Assembly: GCF_036321535.1 (NCBI RefSeq)
Contig: NC_087442.1
Location: forward strand, 31,186,001-31,250,000
Length of the DNA: 64,000 nucleotides
Direction of reading: 5' to 3'
Source of the DNA: Camelus dromedarius
Lineage: Eukaryota
In this document: piece by piece, positions 12,361 to 25,557 of the stretch
Numbering within the stretch: position 1 is the stretch's first letter
How the letters are laid out: the number at the start of each line of letters is the position of its first letter
Program-made: the position numbers and the translations under genes
Notes under the pieces: generated by a model
The model's database searches: none
What the model was told of the DNA's origin: nothing
Seen by the model: the letters and a program-made list of their open reading frames with translations, nothing else

Positions 12361-14589
12361 ATTAGCCCATAAGCATGCCCAAGAGGACTAATGGGAACAC
12401 TGTAAGATAAAAAAAATATATTATAAAAGACAAGGTGAAGATGAAACAGATTCAGACTTCTCTGGCAGGTCTAAATAATTTAAAAGCACAAAGCACAGGC
12501 TTCTAGGACGGGTTAAGCACAACCAGCTGTGAATCAGAAGACCTGTGTTTTACGAGTTTAACATTTTGGATAGTGACAGAGAAGGAGGGGTTGAAAGCTA
12601 TTCAAGAATCCAACAAGAGAATGCTGGATTCTTGCCCTTTGCTGACAGAGGAGGCAATGATCAGGAGGATGGCTGATGAAGCTAGAAATAGCTACTCAAC
12701 TAAACAAAGAAAAGAATAAAACAGGCCTTTTCCAAAGAGCTCTACACTCCATTAGAAGAGATGGTGCAGTGAGTTAGCCTAACACGCATGCCTTAAATGT
12801 GCTGTTACAGCAAAACATGATTTGTGTCACTATGGGTAGATACTGGTTTAACCATGAACATGACACTAGTGAGAATTGCATAACCGGATTTCGTGGGGTC
12901 AACCTTTCCAAATTTAGCTTTTGTCTTTCTATCCCAAGAGTGTTCTAGGAGATATGAAACCTAAGTGGGAATAATATTAGGGGGTAAGAGTAACAGAAAC
13001 AGGAGGAGCCAGATTGCTACCACTGTTGGCATCACTTGGTGAGGCCAGATGCCCTGGATGGAGGAAAGGGAGTTAGGAAGCAGTAAAGCAGGAGGAGTAG
13101 GAACAGCCTGAACTCAAGCTGAGATCCCTCCCTTATATGACGATGCTGGTGAGGAGGAGGAGGAAGTGGCAGAGGAGGAAGGAAAGATGCTAATGACAAA
13201 CACCAGGAAGTTACACAAATAAGGCTTTCCCAGCCCCCATCCGGTAACTCCAGGACCACTTGGGCAGGATGGCAGAAAGTCAGGATTCCCTTCTGGCACC
13301 TTCAGGACTGTACCACTGAAAGGGGGAAAGCTGTGAACGTGGCCCCCATTTGGGCCAGATGAATTCATGGCGTCAGTCTTTGAATACGCCCTGTCTGAGA
13401 TCACCATGTCTGAAAGAGTCTCTGAACCCCCTGGCCAGCGCTGTCACTTCTATATCAACATATTTGATCGCTGGCATCCTTAGGTACTTCGGCATGTTGG
13501 CACTTGTAGTATGGAATTTTTCTGTCAAGCAATCCTGCCCTTGACAACCTTCTAAAGCTCATTTAGGGAGACAATGTTGTTCCTGCCAGTGTTTGGTATT
13601 TATGAGCCCAAGACAGCCTCTGGCTGAGTAGCGCTGACTCCATGATAAAGCCACAGAGGGAAAACTTCTCACTTTCCTCCGAGACACATCTCCTAAAGCT
13701 GTGCGGAGTTATTGGCTGGAATAGGAGCTGTCATAATAAACACTCTATTCTAGTAAAAGGATACCATTTCTCTGCCATATGTTTTAATCATCTCAGTCAA
13801 TATTTTTTTTTGCCAGGTAAACTTACGATTTCTCCTTATTTTGTATGTTCACATTGCATTGTCCTTATCTTTTTTTTCCCACTGATCGAGCCACACTGGA
13901 TACATGCATTGCCAGTCATACTTTGGGGATAGACATCTAATGATTTAACAATCATATAGAAGCACCACCTTCTGAATTATTGTCAAACCATATTTAATCA
14001 TTCATGCTCCAACATGTGACAGGTGCTGTAAGTGCCAACACTGTGTTGCCTATGAGATCTGGGCCAAACACCAAAGGCACTCGTGGCTTCCTTGCTTCCT
14101 ATGCTTGAAACCAACCAGGTTGTGTTACAAGACTACTCCTGTTGCAGAGACAGCTGGTATTGACATTATTATACAGTTTCAATGTGTTCTTTTTCAAATA
14201 AGGTTCATATACTAGAGTTACAGGAATCACCTCTTGCCAAAGTGTACGCATTTTTCTCAGGCCATATTCAATCAATGCAAATTACTGGACTTAAATATTT
14301 CTGATGGGGGGGGGGGTCCTCTAGTCATTTCAGCTTAGACTCTCCCAAGGGTACCAGCAGGGGTCACCCACTCTCTAGCATCTCCTGTATCACTTGTTGT
14401 AAGAATGTGCTGCATCATTTCCTCCTGTGATCTTCCCCCTTTGCAATTTCCATTCCTTCATATGAGCAGCTGCCAAGTTTTTTGCTCACTTAGCACCTGC
14501 CATCCATGAATCTCAACCACTTTTTTTAAACTTTTCTTTTCATAGAACTTATTTCATGTTTATATGAAATATACTCATATATAAATATA

Positions 14590-14810
14590 TGTTTATTGTG
14601 GTAAAATATATATAACACGAAGCATACCATCTTAAGTGGACAGGACAGCAGCATTCACTCCATTCACAGTGTTGTGTGACCACCACCACTCTCCATTTCC
14701 AGAACTTTCTCATCATCCCAAAAACTCCATCTCCATTACACAGTAACTCCCCTTTCCTGCCACCCTCCTTGCAGCCCTTTTAAACTTCCAATCTACATTC
14801 TGTTCAGATC
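14590..14810 (-). mobile_element. L1MB-like 3' end fragment
   Basis: tttattgtggtaaaatatatataac...cattcacagtgttgtgtgaccaccacc...ccagaactttctcatcatcccaaa. Confidence 0.7.
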
Positions 14811-15456
14811 ACTTTGTATGTATTTACTTGACAAAAAGACAGGGGACTGGCTCCTCATTCACGGGTAAACTGGCAGCCAGGACCAGACACCAGGCCTGCG
14901 AAGGAACGTGGCTCAGGGTCACTTGTCTCCAGCCCTGTCTTCCCCCTCATGCTCCTCTGCTCAGAAAGCTGGGTCCCTGGTGCCGCCCTCAGTCTGCCCA
15001 GAACCAGGACTAGAATGTTCCACTCATATCCGCGTTTCCTAGACAGCTCCCTTTCCTCTGGGCCCCTCTTCACTGCCGCTCAAATTTCCATTTCCACTGA
15101 CAGAAGCTAAGGATGCAAACCTCTGAGCAGGTAAGAGCCGACCCGAAGCACAGAGATCGTCCAGGGTGCCTGTGTTTCGAGGAGAATGCTTATGGACGCA
15201 ACGCAAAGCGCTGCACCCTCAGCACACACACACCAGGGCCTGAGACAGCGTACGGAGCTGTTCCAGTCAGGTGAAGATTAACCACTTCTAGGTCGGGATC
15301 TTTGGAGTGCTATTTGCACTGGCAATTCTGTAGATGGGAGAGGTTGTGGGAGGTAGGGATGGTGAAAAATCAGAATTCCTATTGTGGGTGGGGTAAGAGA
15401 TGGGTTCACAGGTGTAATCTGAAAGTTTTCTGTTGACAACTGTGATATTCACTTAC

Positions 15457-15506
15457 ATCTGTTTCTTGCCGGTGAGTCCTGCGTCCATCCTCCAGTCATA
15501 CTACAC
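15457..15506 (-). CDS. Internal 50-nt coding exon: (R)CSMTGGWTQDSPARNR
   Basis: Acceptor ctgtgtttttcag|GTGTAG and a consensus donor AGAT|gtaagt. Only one of three frames is open, and it is the frame that joins both neighbours. Confidence 0.7.
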
Positions 15507-15607
15507 CTGAAAAACACAGATTATTACAAAAATCTCAGTAGGTGAAAAATGGAGTAATACCTATGTAATCAGGACAGTATTTTTCTTGCAATACTGTAGG
15601 ATATCAG

Positions 15608-15672
<65 letters not shown>
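15608..15672. repeat. (TATATG)n hexanucleotide microsatellite, about 11 units
   Basis: Perfect tandem array seen directly. Confidence 0.95.
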
Positions 15673-16118
15673 GTGGAGGACTACCCACAAAGAAAAGCAA
15701 AGGATAGGATTTGGGTGTTTCAGAGGTAGGGCAGATACTAGCTGGAAGACCTGAAGCCCCGCAAAGCTTTGACTGTCATAGACAATAAACCTTTAAAGCC
15801 AGGCTTTGTGGGAAGGAAAGGGAAAAGTAATTTTCTGCATCCTTTTGACATAAAAAGGCCCAAGCTTAAAAACTTAAATCACAGTATTTTCCATAAATTT
15901 AGGGAAGATAATTCTTTCACCCAGAAAAGCCTCTGGCCATGCTAACCTCAGGGGAGGAAGGGGCGATATAGGAAGGAAAGAGGGAAGGAAAGAGAGCCCG
16001 AAGCTGGCCCTGCCCTGTCCTGAGCTGTCACTTGAAGAAGAGAGAGGGAAAGAGCAGGGAGGTCAGGGCCAGGGGGCGGCTCCCTGTCCGGCTGTGGTGG
16101 GTGGAGGGGGCTTTAGAA

Positions 16119-16442
16119 CAGTCTCAGCGATAGAAACATCAGGGGAGTCACAAACGCCACCTAGATCCACACTTCCAAATTTTCTAGACTCCACATGAAA
16201 AAGCAAAAAGAAGCAAGTGAAGCTAATGTTAATAATACATTGTATTTAACCCAATAAAACCATATTGTTACTTCAACACATAATCAACACACAATTATTC
16301 ATGAGACAATTTATACTTCTTTATATTGTCCTTGAAATCTGACATGCATCTTCCACACACAGCGTGTCTCCATTCAGATCAGCCATGTTCCAAGTACTCA
16401 GCAGGCGCGTGTGGCCAGTGACCGCCACGTTGGATGGCAGAG
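16119..16442 (+). mobile_element. MER33 hAT-Charlie MITE with 8-bp TSD
   Basis: The body aaattttctagactccacatgaaaaagc...atttaacccaata...ttccaagtactcagcaggcgcgtgtggccagtg matches MER33. It is flanked by ctttagaa at 16111-16118 and 16443-16450. Confidence 0.85.
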
Positions 16443-16819
16443 CTTTAGAATATCACAAGATACGCAGAAAAGTACCGAAAATGACCTAAATGGCACAGCA
16501 TTGAGAGTGTGAAGCTGGTCAAAGGACGAGAAGAAAAAGAACCCCAGGCAATGCTACGGCCTCCCTTGCCATCTCTTCTAGAGCTTGCCAGTAGCCTCTA
16601 GAGGATCTCAAAGTTCCCCTGCCCCAGGGACCGAAGATAGACATACTGCTACTAGAAGAGGACTCAAAGAGCTTGGGCCTGGAACAAGAGGGTACTGAAG
16701 GTTGTGGTTGCATGATCAGGACAAACGTTTAAGGCCACAGGCTGACAAGAGCAGTCCCACTTCAGCAGAAAAAGATCACACAGGGTCCAGAGGACAGAGG
16801 CTGGAAGCCAAGCTCGACC

Positions 16820-17130
16820 ATAACCCTGCATTCATTCATTTATTCAGCAAAGGTGGATTCAGAGTCTGCTCTGTAAAAAGCCATTGGTCCTAGTATTGGG
16901 GATGTACGGTTGAAAAAAAGAATTTAAAAATCAGTTCCCTTATAGAAATTACATTCTAGTTGAGGAAGGGAAAAGTGAAAAGAAAAAAAATAATCAGCAA
17001 AATGTACAGGGTATGAGATAACAGTGAGAACTATGGGAAAAGATAAAATATAAAGCAGGATGGGGGGTGGCAGTAGGGAAATGTGTAGTTTTAAATGAGA
17101 TGATCAGGAAGGAGCGGGACAAGGGGATGG
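16820..17130 (-). mobile_element. L2 3' end fragment
   Basis: Starts with cattcattcatttattcagcaaa, the L2 tail signature, followed by typical L2 text. Confidence 0.6.
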
Positions 17131-17499
17131 GAAATCTTAGAGACTGAACTTTTATTTATTTATTTTTCTTTTCTTGTTACCCACAGTGGGGCCTAGGTAG
17201 AGAGCTGAGGGCTCATAACAGCTCAGAAGAGTTGGGAGAAGTAAATTGCCTTACATTTGGTACATCTGTGTATAGTGTGATTAAACTGGCTCCTTGAATT
17301 CATATATATTTATACGGAAAAGATGGATAGTATGTATTACAAACTATTAACTCTGCTTCTCTCTGGGGATCATGGTGAACTTATTTTCATTGTACTTTCC
17401 TCCATTTTCCTGATTTTCCACAATCAACATAACCTACTTCAATCAGGAGGGGGGAAAAGCCCTCAAAAACATTGCTTATGAAGAAAAGACATAAACATA

Positions 17500-18150
17500 A
17501 AGCCAGCTTCTTTTGCCATCTAGTAACATTGCTCTAACTGAGGTATTTAACCATAATGAGAACTTCTGAATTCAGTGTATCTTTCTGCGTTCTTTCAGTA
17601 ACAGCCACTGGAGCTCTCCTTTCTTCAGATTTTTAGCCAGTTTTCTTTTGTTGAATCCACATGTCTATATTTGTTGAACTTGAGTTGTCCAGTTGCATTT
17701 TCCTGATATTCAGCATCTAGCATCTTATTGTGCTAACAGCATCTGTTGAGAAACGCTGACAGGTTTTGGTTGCGATGCACACTCACTGCCCCATGCACCA
17801 TACATCATCAATTGTGACACCTATCCCAGTCTGCTCCACCACCTCTTGGTGTGCTTTCTTCTGGAAACTCCCCAAAGACGTTCCAAGAAACTGCCATCTG
17901 GAATGTTGAACATTGTCAGCACGCTGCTTCATCCAGATTTATTTGCAGGCAGCATCACTGGCACCATCAGAGCCCAATGAAAGCCAGTCTAGGGAGTTTT
18001 TTTTTTTTAACTCTTTGAGAGAGAAATGGTACACAATCTGAAATAACCAGAAATGCCATTTCGCTGAACTGACACCATTCAATGTTAATAGAACATCTTG
18101 ATCTCCATTAAACCTCGGAGAACAATACAAATATTCTCATGAATTTATGA
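17500..18150 (-). mobile_element. Degraded Tc1/mariner-like transposase remnant
   Basis: Broken-frame translation gives LKFNKYRHVDSTKENWLKI*RKES (17613-17684), resembling Tc1 LKFAKEHLxWTxEDWKKVLWSDES. Downstream LNSEVLIMVKYLS*SNVTRW resembles YNPKCLVPTVKHGGGSVMVW. Upstream segments look like helix-turn-helix regions. Aligned by eye only. Confidence 0.55.
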
Positions 18151-21100
18151 GCTTGGACTGACATCCTATTAACCTGTTGATCTTTACACTAACTTGTGAT
18201 AGTACGCAGGGTTTTCAAAGCTTCATTTTCTTAACCGTGTTGAAAATATGGAAGATATATATAGCTACAAAGTGTAGCTAATATTTTAACAAAAACTTAA
18301 ATATATGAGATATTGGTCATCGACACTTTCAAAAACAATTCTGAGTATCTTGCAAAAGGGTTTGTCTTCTTTTAAAGTTTCTTTTAATGAGAACTCTAAT
18401 ATACAAACAGTAATAACATATTTTGAAAAACTGAGAAATATTTCTTGCAAATATAGTGAGTGGCTCAGAGAGGGTTAGAATCTTGAATTTTCTATTCTTT
18501 CCCCTTTCAGGGCTTCCTACCACGGGAGCTCAGACACATGAAACATTAGCCAAATAGTAAACAAATCACTACTTTAATAAAGACAGAATGCAAGGCTCTG
18601 AAAATCTATGGCCCAGGACAACTAGGAGACCTGGTGATGAACCAGTGAAATTTCCTCATTTATAAAAACTTTTCCTCTTATGAACTTCTTTGGTTTCAGC
18701 CTTAGTGGTTTCAATGTCACTCAATTAACAAGCCAGCTCCAGCCCACTTTTTTCCCTCATCTATGCTCTTTTCAGGTCTTGAAGTGCTCTTGCTTCTTGT
18801 TTTGTTGTCTGTGCAAATCCATCCTTCCTCTGAGTCACATTTCTGCTCTGCCATTTTTAGCCTCTTGGCCTCCTGGATGCAAGATGCCTGAAGCAGAGAT
18901 TACACGCCCAGGTCACTGTCCAGAGGGAGTAAAGGCAATAAAGGAACTTTCTCTTTTTTGTGTTTCTTTAAGATGGAGGAAATCCTCTCCCAGAAACACT
19001 AGCCCCACAACCGTCACCCCTCGCCCTTCAGCCAGTTTGGCTTTACACCTCATTGACCCAAACTGCTTCACACTCCCAGGCCTCCGTGAACCAAAGCAAC
19101 AGGGCAGGGCTCGGGGGCTAGGGATCCTTCATACTTTGCTCACAAAGCATGACCACAAGAAGGAGCATGGATACTTGAGCAAATGAAGGACTTCTTAGGA
19201 AGTAGGGGCGCCATGACTGCGCACAATTAACCTCACCAGCTGCACTTCCTTCCCGACCAGTGTGTAGGTACGTCAGGGTCTTGCGCACACCTCCCGTTGT
19301 GCTACTTTGGTGCTCCCACCCCCTCCCCAGCCTGACACCACTCCCTGGCAGCTGGGGCCATGCTACCCTCAAGACACACCACTCGAGTCAGCATTTATAC
19401 CTGGTTGCTGAACTGAATGGCAAGTGTCAGTTTTTCATCATACTTCCCAGGAAAAAGGCAACAGAGTCTTTCTACAGTTAATTAACCCACAGAAGCCCAT
19501 AAGGGGCCAGCAAAAGACTTAATAGCAAGAACACACCACTCCTGGACCCCTCTCTTCTGATCTCTGCTTCAATTATTAACCTGGGCCCCTGGGAAGGACA
19601 CAAACGGCTCCTCTTCTCACCCCAACTCTGACAGTGAACAGGCCTCTAGGCTCACTTCTGTAGCCAAAGTACACCATGAAAAAAATTTTCCATTTTTTAT
19701 GGCACTCAGCTCAACTCCATTAATTGTTCTAGTTACAGTACTCCTAATTTTTATCCAGCTGATTAACTAGAGAATAATCCAAATACATTTCAAATTATAA
19801 ATCTTTCATGATTTGGGAGATTTTATATAAATGTACATTTGCGAGCGCTAATTTAAAGCAAATACCAAAGATGATTAAACATTCTCAAGATAAGAGGGAT
19901 AAACCATTGGATTATTTTATAGATTCAGCCACCAATCACAAACTGCTATAAACAGAACTATTTTGATGTTCAGCTTTTTTTTAAATAACTCTTTGGGAAA
20001 TGTCCAAGAAGGACTATGGAAGTAGGTCAAGAATGTGTGCATAAAACATTTGTATTCTTTACTGTGTAAACACTAATTTATTTATTGAAATAATATGCTA
20101 TTAAATATTTATTAAATAAATTAGCATTTTGCTGAGCTTCCCTCCAAAATCATTAATATGGTCCATGGCTATTGATACAGCCAGGACTATGATTGTTTCC
20201 CATGTCTGTCTTCCAACTGTTTGCTAAGTATTTATTCACCAAGCACCATCCCCCAGAGTTTAATCTATCTGTGCAGCTATTCTTTGGAAAGCTCATGAAG
20301 TAAAACGTTTCTGGAAATCATTGCACTTTCATTGAACCATAGGATTCACGTTGTCCAGTTCTCTCATTTTACAGATGAATCTGAAAAAGAGACGTAGAGC
20401 CCTGCCTGAGACACTGGAACTAGAACTTTTACGTCAGTAGAAAGAGGAGTTGGTTTTAAATGTGGAGGGCAGAATTACTCATTAGAATTTAACTTCTTTG
20501 GGAAGAATCTGGGGGTCCAAAGGCAGGTTTCATAAATTTGAAAAAGAAAAAAAAACCCACATCCTTTACATTTTGTTTAAATATGCATGGCACTTTGGAA
20601 AATTTCACCAAGTTAAAGGAAAAGGATAAAGCGGAATGAGTCCCTCAGCCAGATCCAGGATAAAAACTGGAGGGAGAGATTTCTTTGTAAAGCTTATGGT
20701 CTGCACAGGTATTGTCTATTCGCACTCCAATCCTCAGAACCGCTTGCAGGGCAAGCGAAATGCAAACAATAAATAAGCAAGAAGACAGGTAAACAGAAAC
20801 AGCTGAAGTGAAAAAGTGTACACTGCAGAGAAGGCATTAACCCGTCCTCCCCACCAGAAAATGAGCAGAACACATTCAACAGCTGAGAATATGCAGCCGC
20901 ACGATGCTCTCCCAGGTAACGTATAAATGACAGGCAGCATCTGGGATGACATCCTCTGAAAATCTCTCTCTGTCTCAGATTTAGAATATAAAGCACACAT
21001 TTTTCCCCTCTTATTTCTCTACTTTGGTTAATACTGGCTAACACAATTCTTTCTCTAGTAATCTCACACAATACATAAATAAGAGCATTTTCCCTAGGTA

Positions 21101-22689
21101 TGTTAATATTTTCATTCTTATCATATTTATGCTGAAAAGAATCATATCTTTCTCTGGTCCTACTGGTCAATGTACCACAGATCTTTGGTACTTCATTACA
21201 GGAACTCTGTGAGACACATTTGTATTCCCCAGAACTCAATAACAAATTAAACAATTGTGAATAGAGATGTTCTGGGTAGAAAAATTTTCACCAGATTTCC
21301 CCCAAATTGGGGGTTACTGATTTCTAAACATGTAACCAAACATACCGAAGCACAAATAACTAAAATTACCAACTTGACATTATTGTGTCATAAACTCATG
21401 CCCTAATCAATTTGAGATGAATCATAAACACTTTTCTTTCTTAAGATCTGTTAGTGTATACTTTGCAAGGTAAATATAACAATAGGAAGCTATTCTGCCC
21501 ATTTTTATCTTCCTGATTAAGTGCTAAATTGTCAATTAAGAGCATTCTTATTTTGTCATGATTGGATTTCATGATAGGAGGTATGCAATGGATATTTTGT
21601 TAACAGATTTTTTTTCTTTTTTTGTTGTTTTTTAAAACACTATAAAAATAGATTTTAACTATTAAGGAAAAATAACCCCTCCTCCAATTTCTCGTCTTAC
21701 CTTGGGTGCCTGAATTGATAATTTTAATATAGTTTAAATCAGGATTTTTTTCACTTGGCATAATTTCATAAATTTTTTCCCATATATTTATAGTCACCAC
21801 CAGATGGATCAATTTAGCAAAAAATTGAGTATCAGATGTTTCAGCCAGATTGTCTTCATACCTTCATAATTACTGTCTTAATGGCTGCAAAATATTCTAA
21901 CACATTTTTATACCATAATTTAATTAGCCATTTTGTGATTAGTGAACATTTGCACTGACTCTCATTTTCTATCATAAGTAACCCTGTAGTAAACATATAT
22001 ACATAATAGTCCTTTTCATCTTTGGATTATTTCCTTAGGCTATATTTCCAAAAATGGGATATTATTGGACTAAGAAACATTCTGCCTCTAAAAATATATT
22101 GCCAAAGTGCTTTCTATTTTGAATTGTCAGCAGCAAGTTGTGACTTGGCTAGTTTTCCCACATCTCCATCAACACTGGGTATTGTCATTTTAAATTTTTG
22201 CTAACATATTTAAAATGATACCTTATCATTCCTTTACGTTTTGTGTTATTTTATTTATTTAGTGATTAATGAGAGTAAAATTTTTCCATATCTTAGGTAA
22301 ACTGGAGTTTAGGGTATTTTCATGGAGGCTTGTTGAACATTTACTAGATACCAAGAACTTCTGTGCTGTGGGCTAAGACATACAGTGATGAATAAAGCAT
22401 GGTTTTAATCTTGAGGAGCTCACTACATAGGATATGTTTCAATGTCCTTTATTAACCTATAATGGAATATTATTCCTTTCCCTTCTTGACAATCAATTGA
22501 CATTGCATAGTTCCTATCTTTTTTGGGGAAGAGCATCTTTTTTATCATTAGTCTATCTACACACATTTTGAGAAAATTTTGAAATACAGAAGCATTGAGA
22601 GACATGAAATTAAATAAAGGCCTACGAACTCACCACCAAGAAATGTCAAATATTAACCTTATTTATATAATTAAATGTCAAGCTTTTTT

Positions 22690-23460
22690 ATTTTAATATG
22701 GGAAATAAATTTAAGTCCTCTTTCTTTTTTGCTTTTTTTTCTTCCTATTTCCAATTTTCCCTTTTCTTAGACAACCAATATCGTGAATTTGGTGGGTATC
22801 ATTCCAGTTTATTGAATAATTAATATTTTGAAATTTCAAAATAATTTGTGATTAATACATAGTATAGTTTTGTGGGGTGCTGTTTACATAAATAATATTA
22901 CACATATATATTGCAAATTATCTTTCCCTCTGTTTTTGAGACAGATCCATGTTGCAATGTAAATAGCTAATTCATCCTTTTAACTGCTACATAGTAGTTC
23001 ATAATATAAATATATCATATATGTTTATATGCTCCCTTATTATGGACATATAGCTTGTTTCTCCTTTTTCTTAAAAAAAAAAACCACGTGCTATAATAAA
23101 CATCCTTACACTTAACTCCTTGTGTTTATGTGTGAGTTTCCTCTAGTAGATACACACCTTGAAGTGGAAACACTGAATCGTAAACTATGAGCATTCTCAA
23201 TTTTGTTGATACTGCAAAGTGACTGCACCAATTTACACCCCACCTGCAGTATAAAATAATTCCTATTTTCTGAAGTCTCCTGACGTTGTCAGACTTTCAA
23301 ATTATCACCAATTGAATGCATGACAAATGGCATTGCTATTTATGTTTATGTTGCTGATTATTAGAAGCAGGGATTAATGTCTTTTCAAATGTTTACTCTT
23401 GAGTTCCCCAGTCTGTGAACTGTCCGATCATGTAACTGGACCAGTTTTTCTATTGCCTTC
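22690..23460 (-). mobile_element. Old L1 (L1MC/ME-like) 3' region
   Basis: gagacagatccatgttgcaatg...gctataataaacatccttacac...ccaatttacaccccacctgcagtata. Confidence 0.7.
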
Positions 23461-23484
23461 TTTACATAATGTTGACGATGATGA

Positions 23485-23715
23485 CAACATGATGACATTT
23501 GTTGACTTTTATTTATGTAGAACAACTGTTCTTAGAGCATTGTCTGTATTAACCTAAATGACTCCTCAGAGCAGCCAAATGAGACAGGTTCTATAATCAT
23601 CCTACTTTTACAGATGAGGACACTAAGGCCCAAAAGGATTAAATAACCAGTCCCAACTTAGAGCCAGTTAGCAGTGGAATCAGATTTTAATCCTAAATGG
23701 TCTAGCTCCAGACTA
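23485..23715 (-). mobile_element. MIR SINE
   Basis: MIR core: cctactttacagatgaggacactaaggccc-type sequence followed by gagccagttagcagtggaatcagattt. Confidence 0.8.
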
Positions 23716-24834
23716 TTAAACCTACTGTTAATACAGCCAGGCACACTACTGGAAATAATTAGTCTTACAAAACAAGAGGACAAAACTGACCCCAAACTCA
23801 TACACTTTATATGCAATGCTTAATCACTTTAAGTATATTTTCCTATTTTGTAAAACAAAAAATTTAATAGGTAGAATAGATATAAAAATAATTACAAATA
23901 TAAAATGTATTTTATACATATGAATGTAATCACCTTCTTTTTGTAGAAATTGGGATATATGCAAATGTATTTTTTATAGAGATATGAGGTATAATTTTAT
24001 TATTTATGTGATAAAATATAAATTCCTTATCTACAGAGACTTTATAGTGGTTAAACATATAAACTTTTTTTTTGAGTTACAATGTTGCATTACTTTTTGG
24101 TGTACAGCATAGTGATTCAGTTACACACAAACATACATATTCATATACATTTAAAAAGTATTATAAAAGTATAAAAATAACTCAATACCCCAATGCTTAG
24201 ACTGTTAAACTTCAGCACATCTTTTAAAATAAAATCATTATTCCATTTTTAGTGGTTGAGTGTTTTCCTTCCTTTCTACTATATTTAGAATTAAAGTGTT
24301 TCAGATAAGAAATTATTTAACTCTAAATTAGGGAGGCAATAATATATTCATGTAAAATATATGTCAACATGGAATCAGCATATCTAATTAAACCAAACTG
24401 GAGGGAAAAAAACCCAGCTCAGCTCCACTGGTACTAAAAGAAAGAATCATTTGCACACTTGAGGAAAGGACAAGTCAGTAAAAAACAAAAAAAAGAGTTG
24501 TATATTTTTGCTGAAATGAACATGACTCTACATTTCCAACTACAGGCAGAACAAAGAGTGATTTTTCATGGCTGACAATAATAAACACAACTATTTGCGG
24601 GTGAATTCTGTCAGCCAAACAACCCTGACTCAAAGTTTAGAAAAAGTTTTCTACACAGATGAGTGTAGAAAGCAATTTTCCCTGACAGGTGTAGAGCTTG
24701 AAGATGCTGGCGGTTAAATAAATCAAGGTAGATGAAAAGGTACCTGTAATGTACTACCTCTTAGGATGACGTAACAGTGTTGATGTTTTTCGTGAGTCAA
24801 GATCGTGTTTCTCACCATTTTCCACACCATTTCC

Positions 24835-25557
24835 TACACTGCTGGTGGGAACGTCGTTTGGTGCAGCCATTATGGAAAACAGTATGGCAATTCCTCAAAA
24901 GATTAAAAATTAGATTTACCATATGATCTAATAATCCCACTCCTAAGCATATATCTGAAGGAAACTCTAATTTGAAANNNNNNNNNNNNNNNNNNNNNNN
25001 NNNNNNNNNNNNNNNNNNNNNNNNNNNNNNNNNNNNNNNNNNNNNNNNNNNNNNNNNNNNNNNNNNNNNNNNNNNNNNNNNNNNNNNNNNNNNNNNNNNN
25101 NNNNNNNNNNNNNNNNNNNNNNNNNNNNNNNNNNNNNNNNNNNNNNNNNNNNNNNNNNNNNNNNNNNNNNNNNNNNNNNNNNNNNNNNNNNNNNNNNNNN
25201 NNNNNNNNNNNNNNNNNNNNNNNNNNNNNNNNNNNNNNNNNNNNNNNNNNNNNNNNNNATAAACTTATCTACAAAACAGAAACAGACTCATATAGTAAAC
25301 AAATTTATGGTTGGGGGAAAGGGGTGGGAAGGCATAAATTGGGAATACAAGATTTGCAAATATTATCTACTATATACAAAATAGATAAGCAAAAAGTTTC
25401 TTCTGTATAGCACAGGGAACTATATTCAATATCTTGTAGTAATCTATAATGAAAAAGAATGTATGTACATATATGTATGACTGAAATAGTATGCTGTAGA
25501 CCTGAAATTGACACATTGCAAACTGACTGTATTTCAATTATAAAAAAAAAAAAAAAG
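24835..25557 (+). mobile_element. 5'-truncated L1 (artiodactyl/camelid type) with poly(A) tail, interrupted by N-run 24978-25258
   Basis: cactgctggtgggaacgt...gcagccattatggaaaacagtatgg at the start, gtatagcacagggaactatattcaatatcttg in the 3' UTR, ending in an A-run. Confidence 0.9.

Noticed and set aside
13020-13640. Acidic GAG-rich stretch followed by semi-open frames, resembling a processed pseudogene
   Set aside because: All six frames contain stops and I could not match any to a known protein or repeat. It remains unresolved; a tBLASTx or Dfam search would settle it.
17939-18130. 64-aa minus-strand ORF or terminal exon ending DWLSLGSDGASDAACK*
   Set aside because: The acceptor would be preceded by an A-run rather than pyrimidines, and the region is better explained as the Tc1-like remnant.
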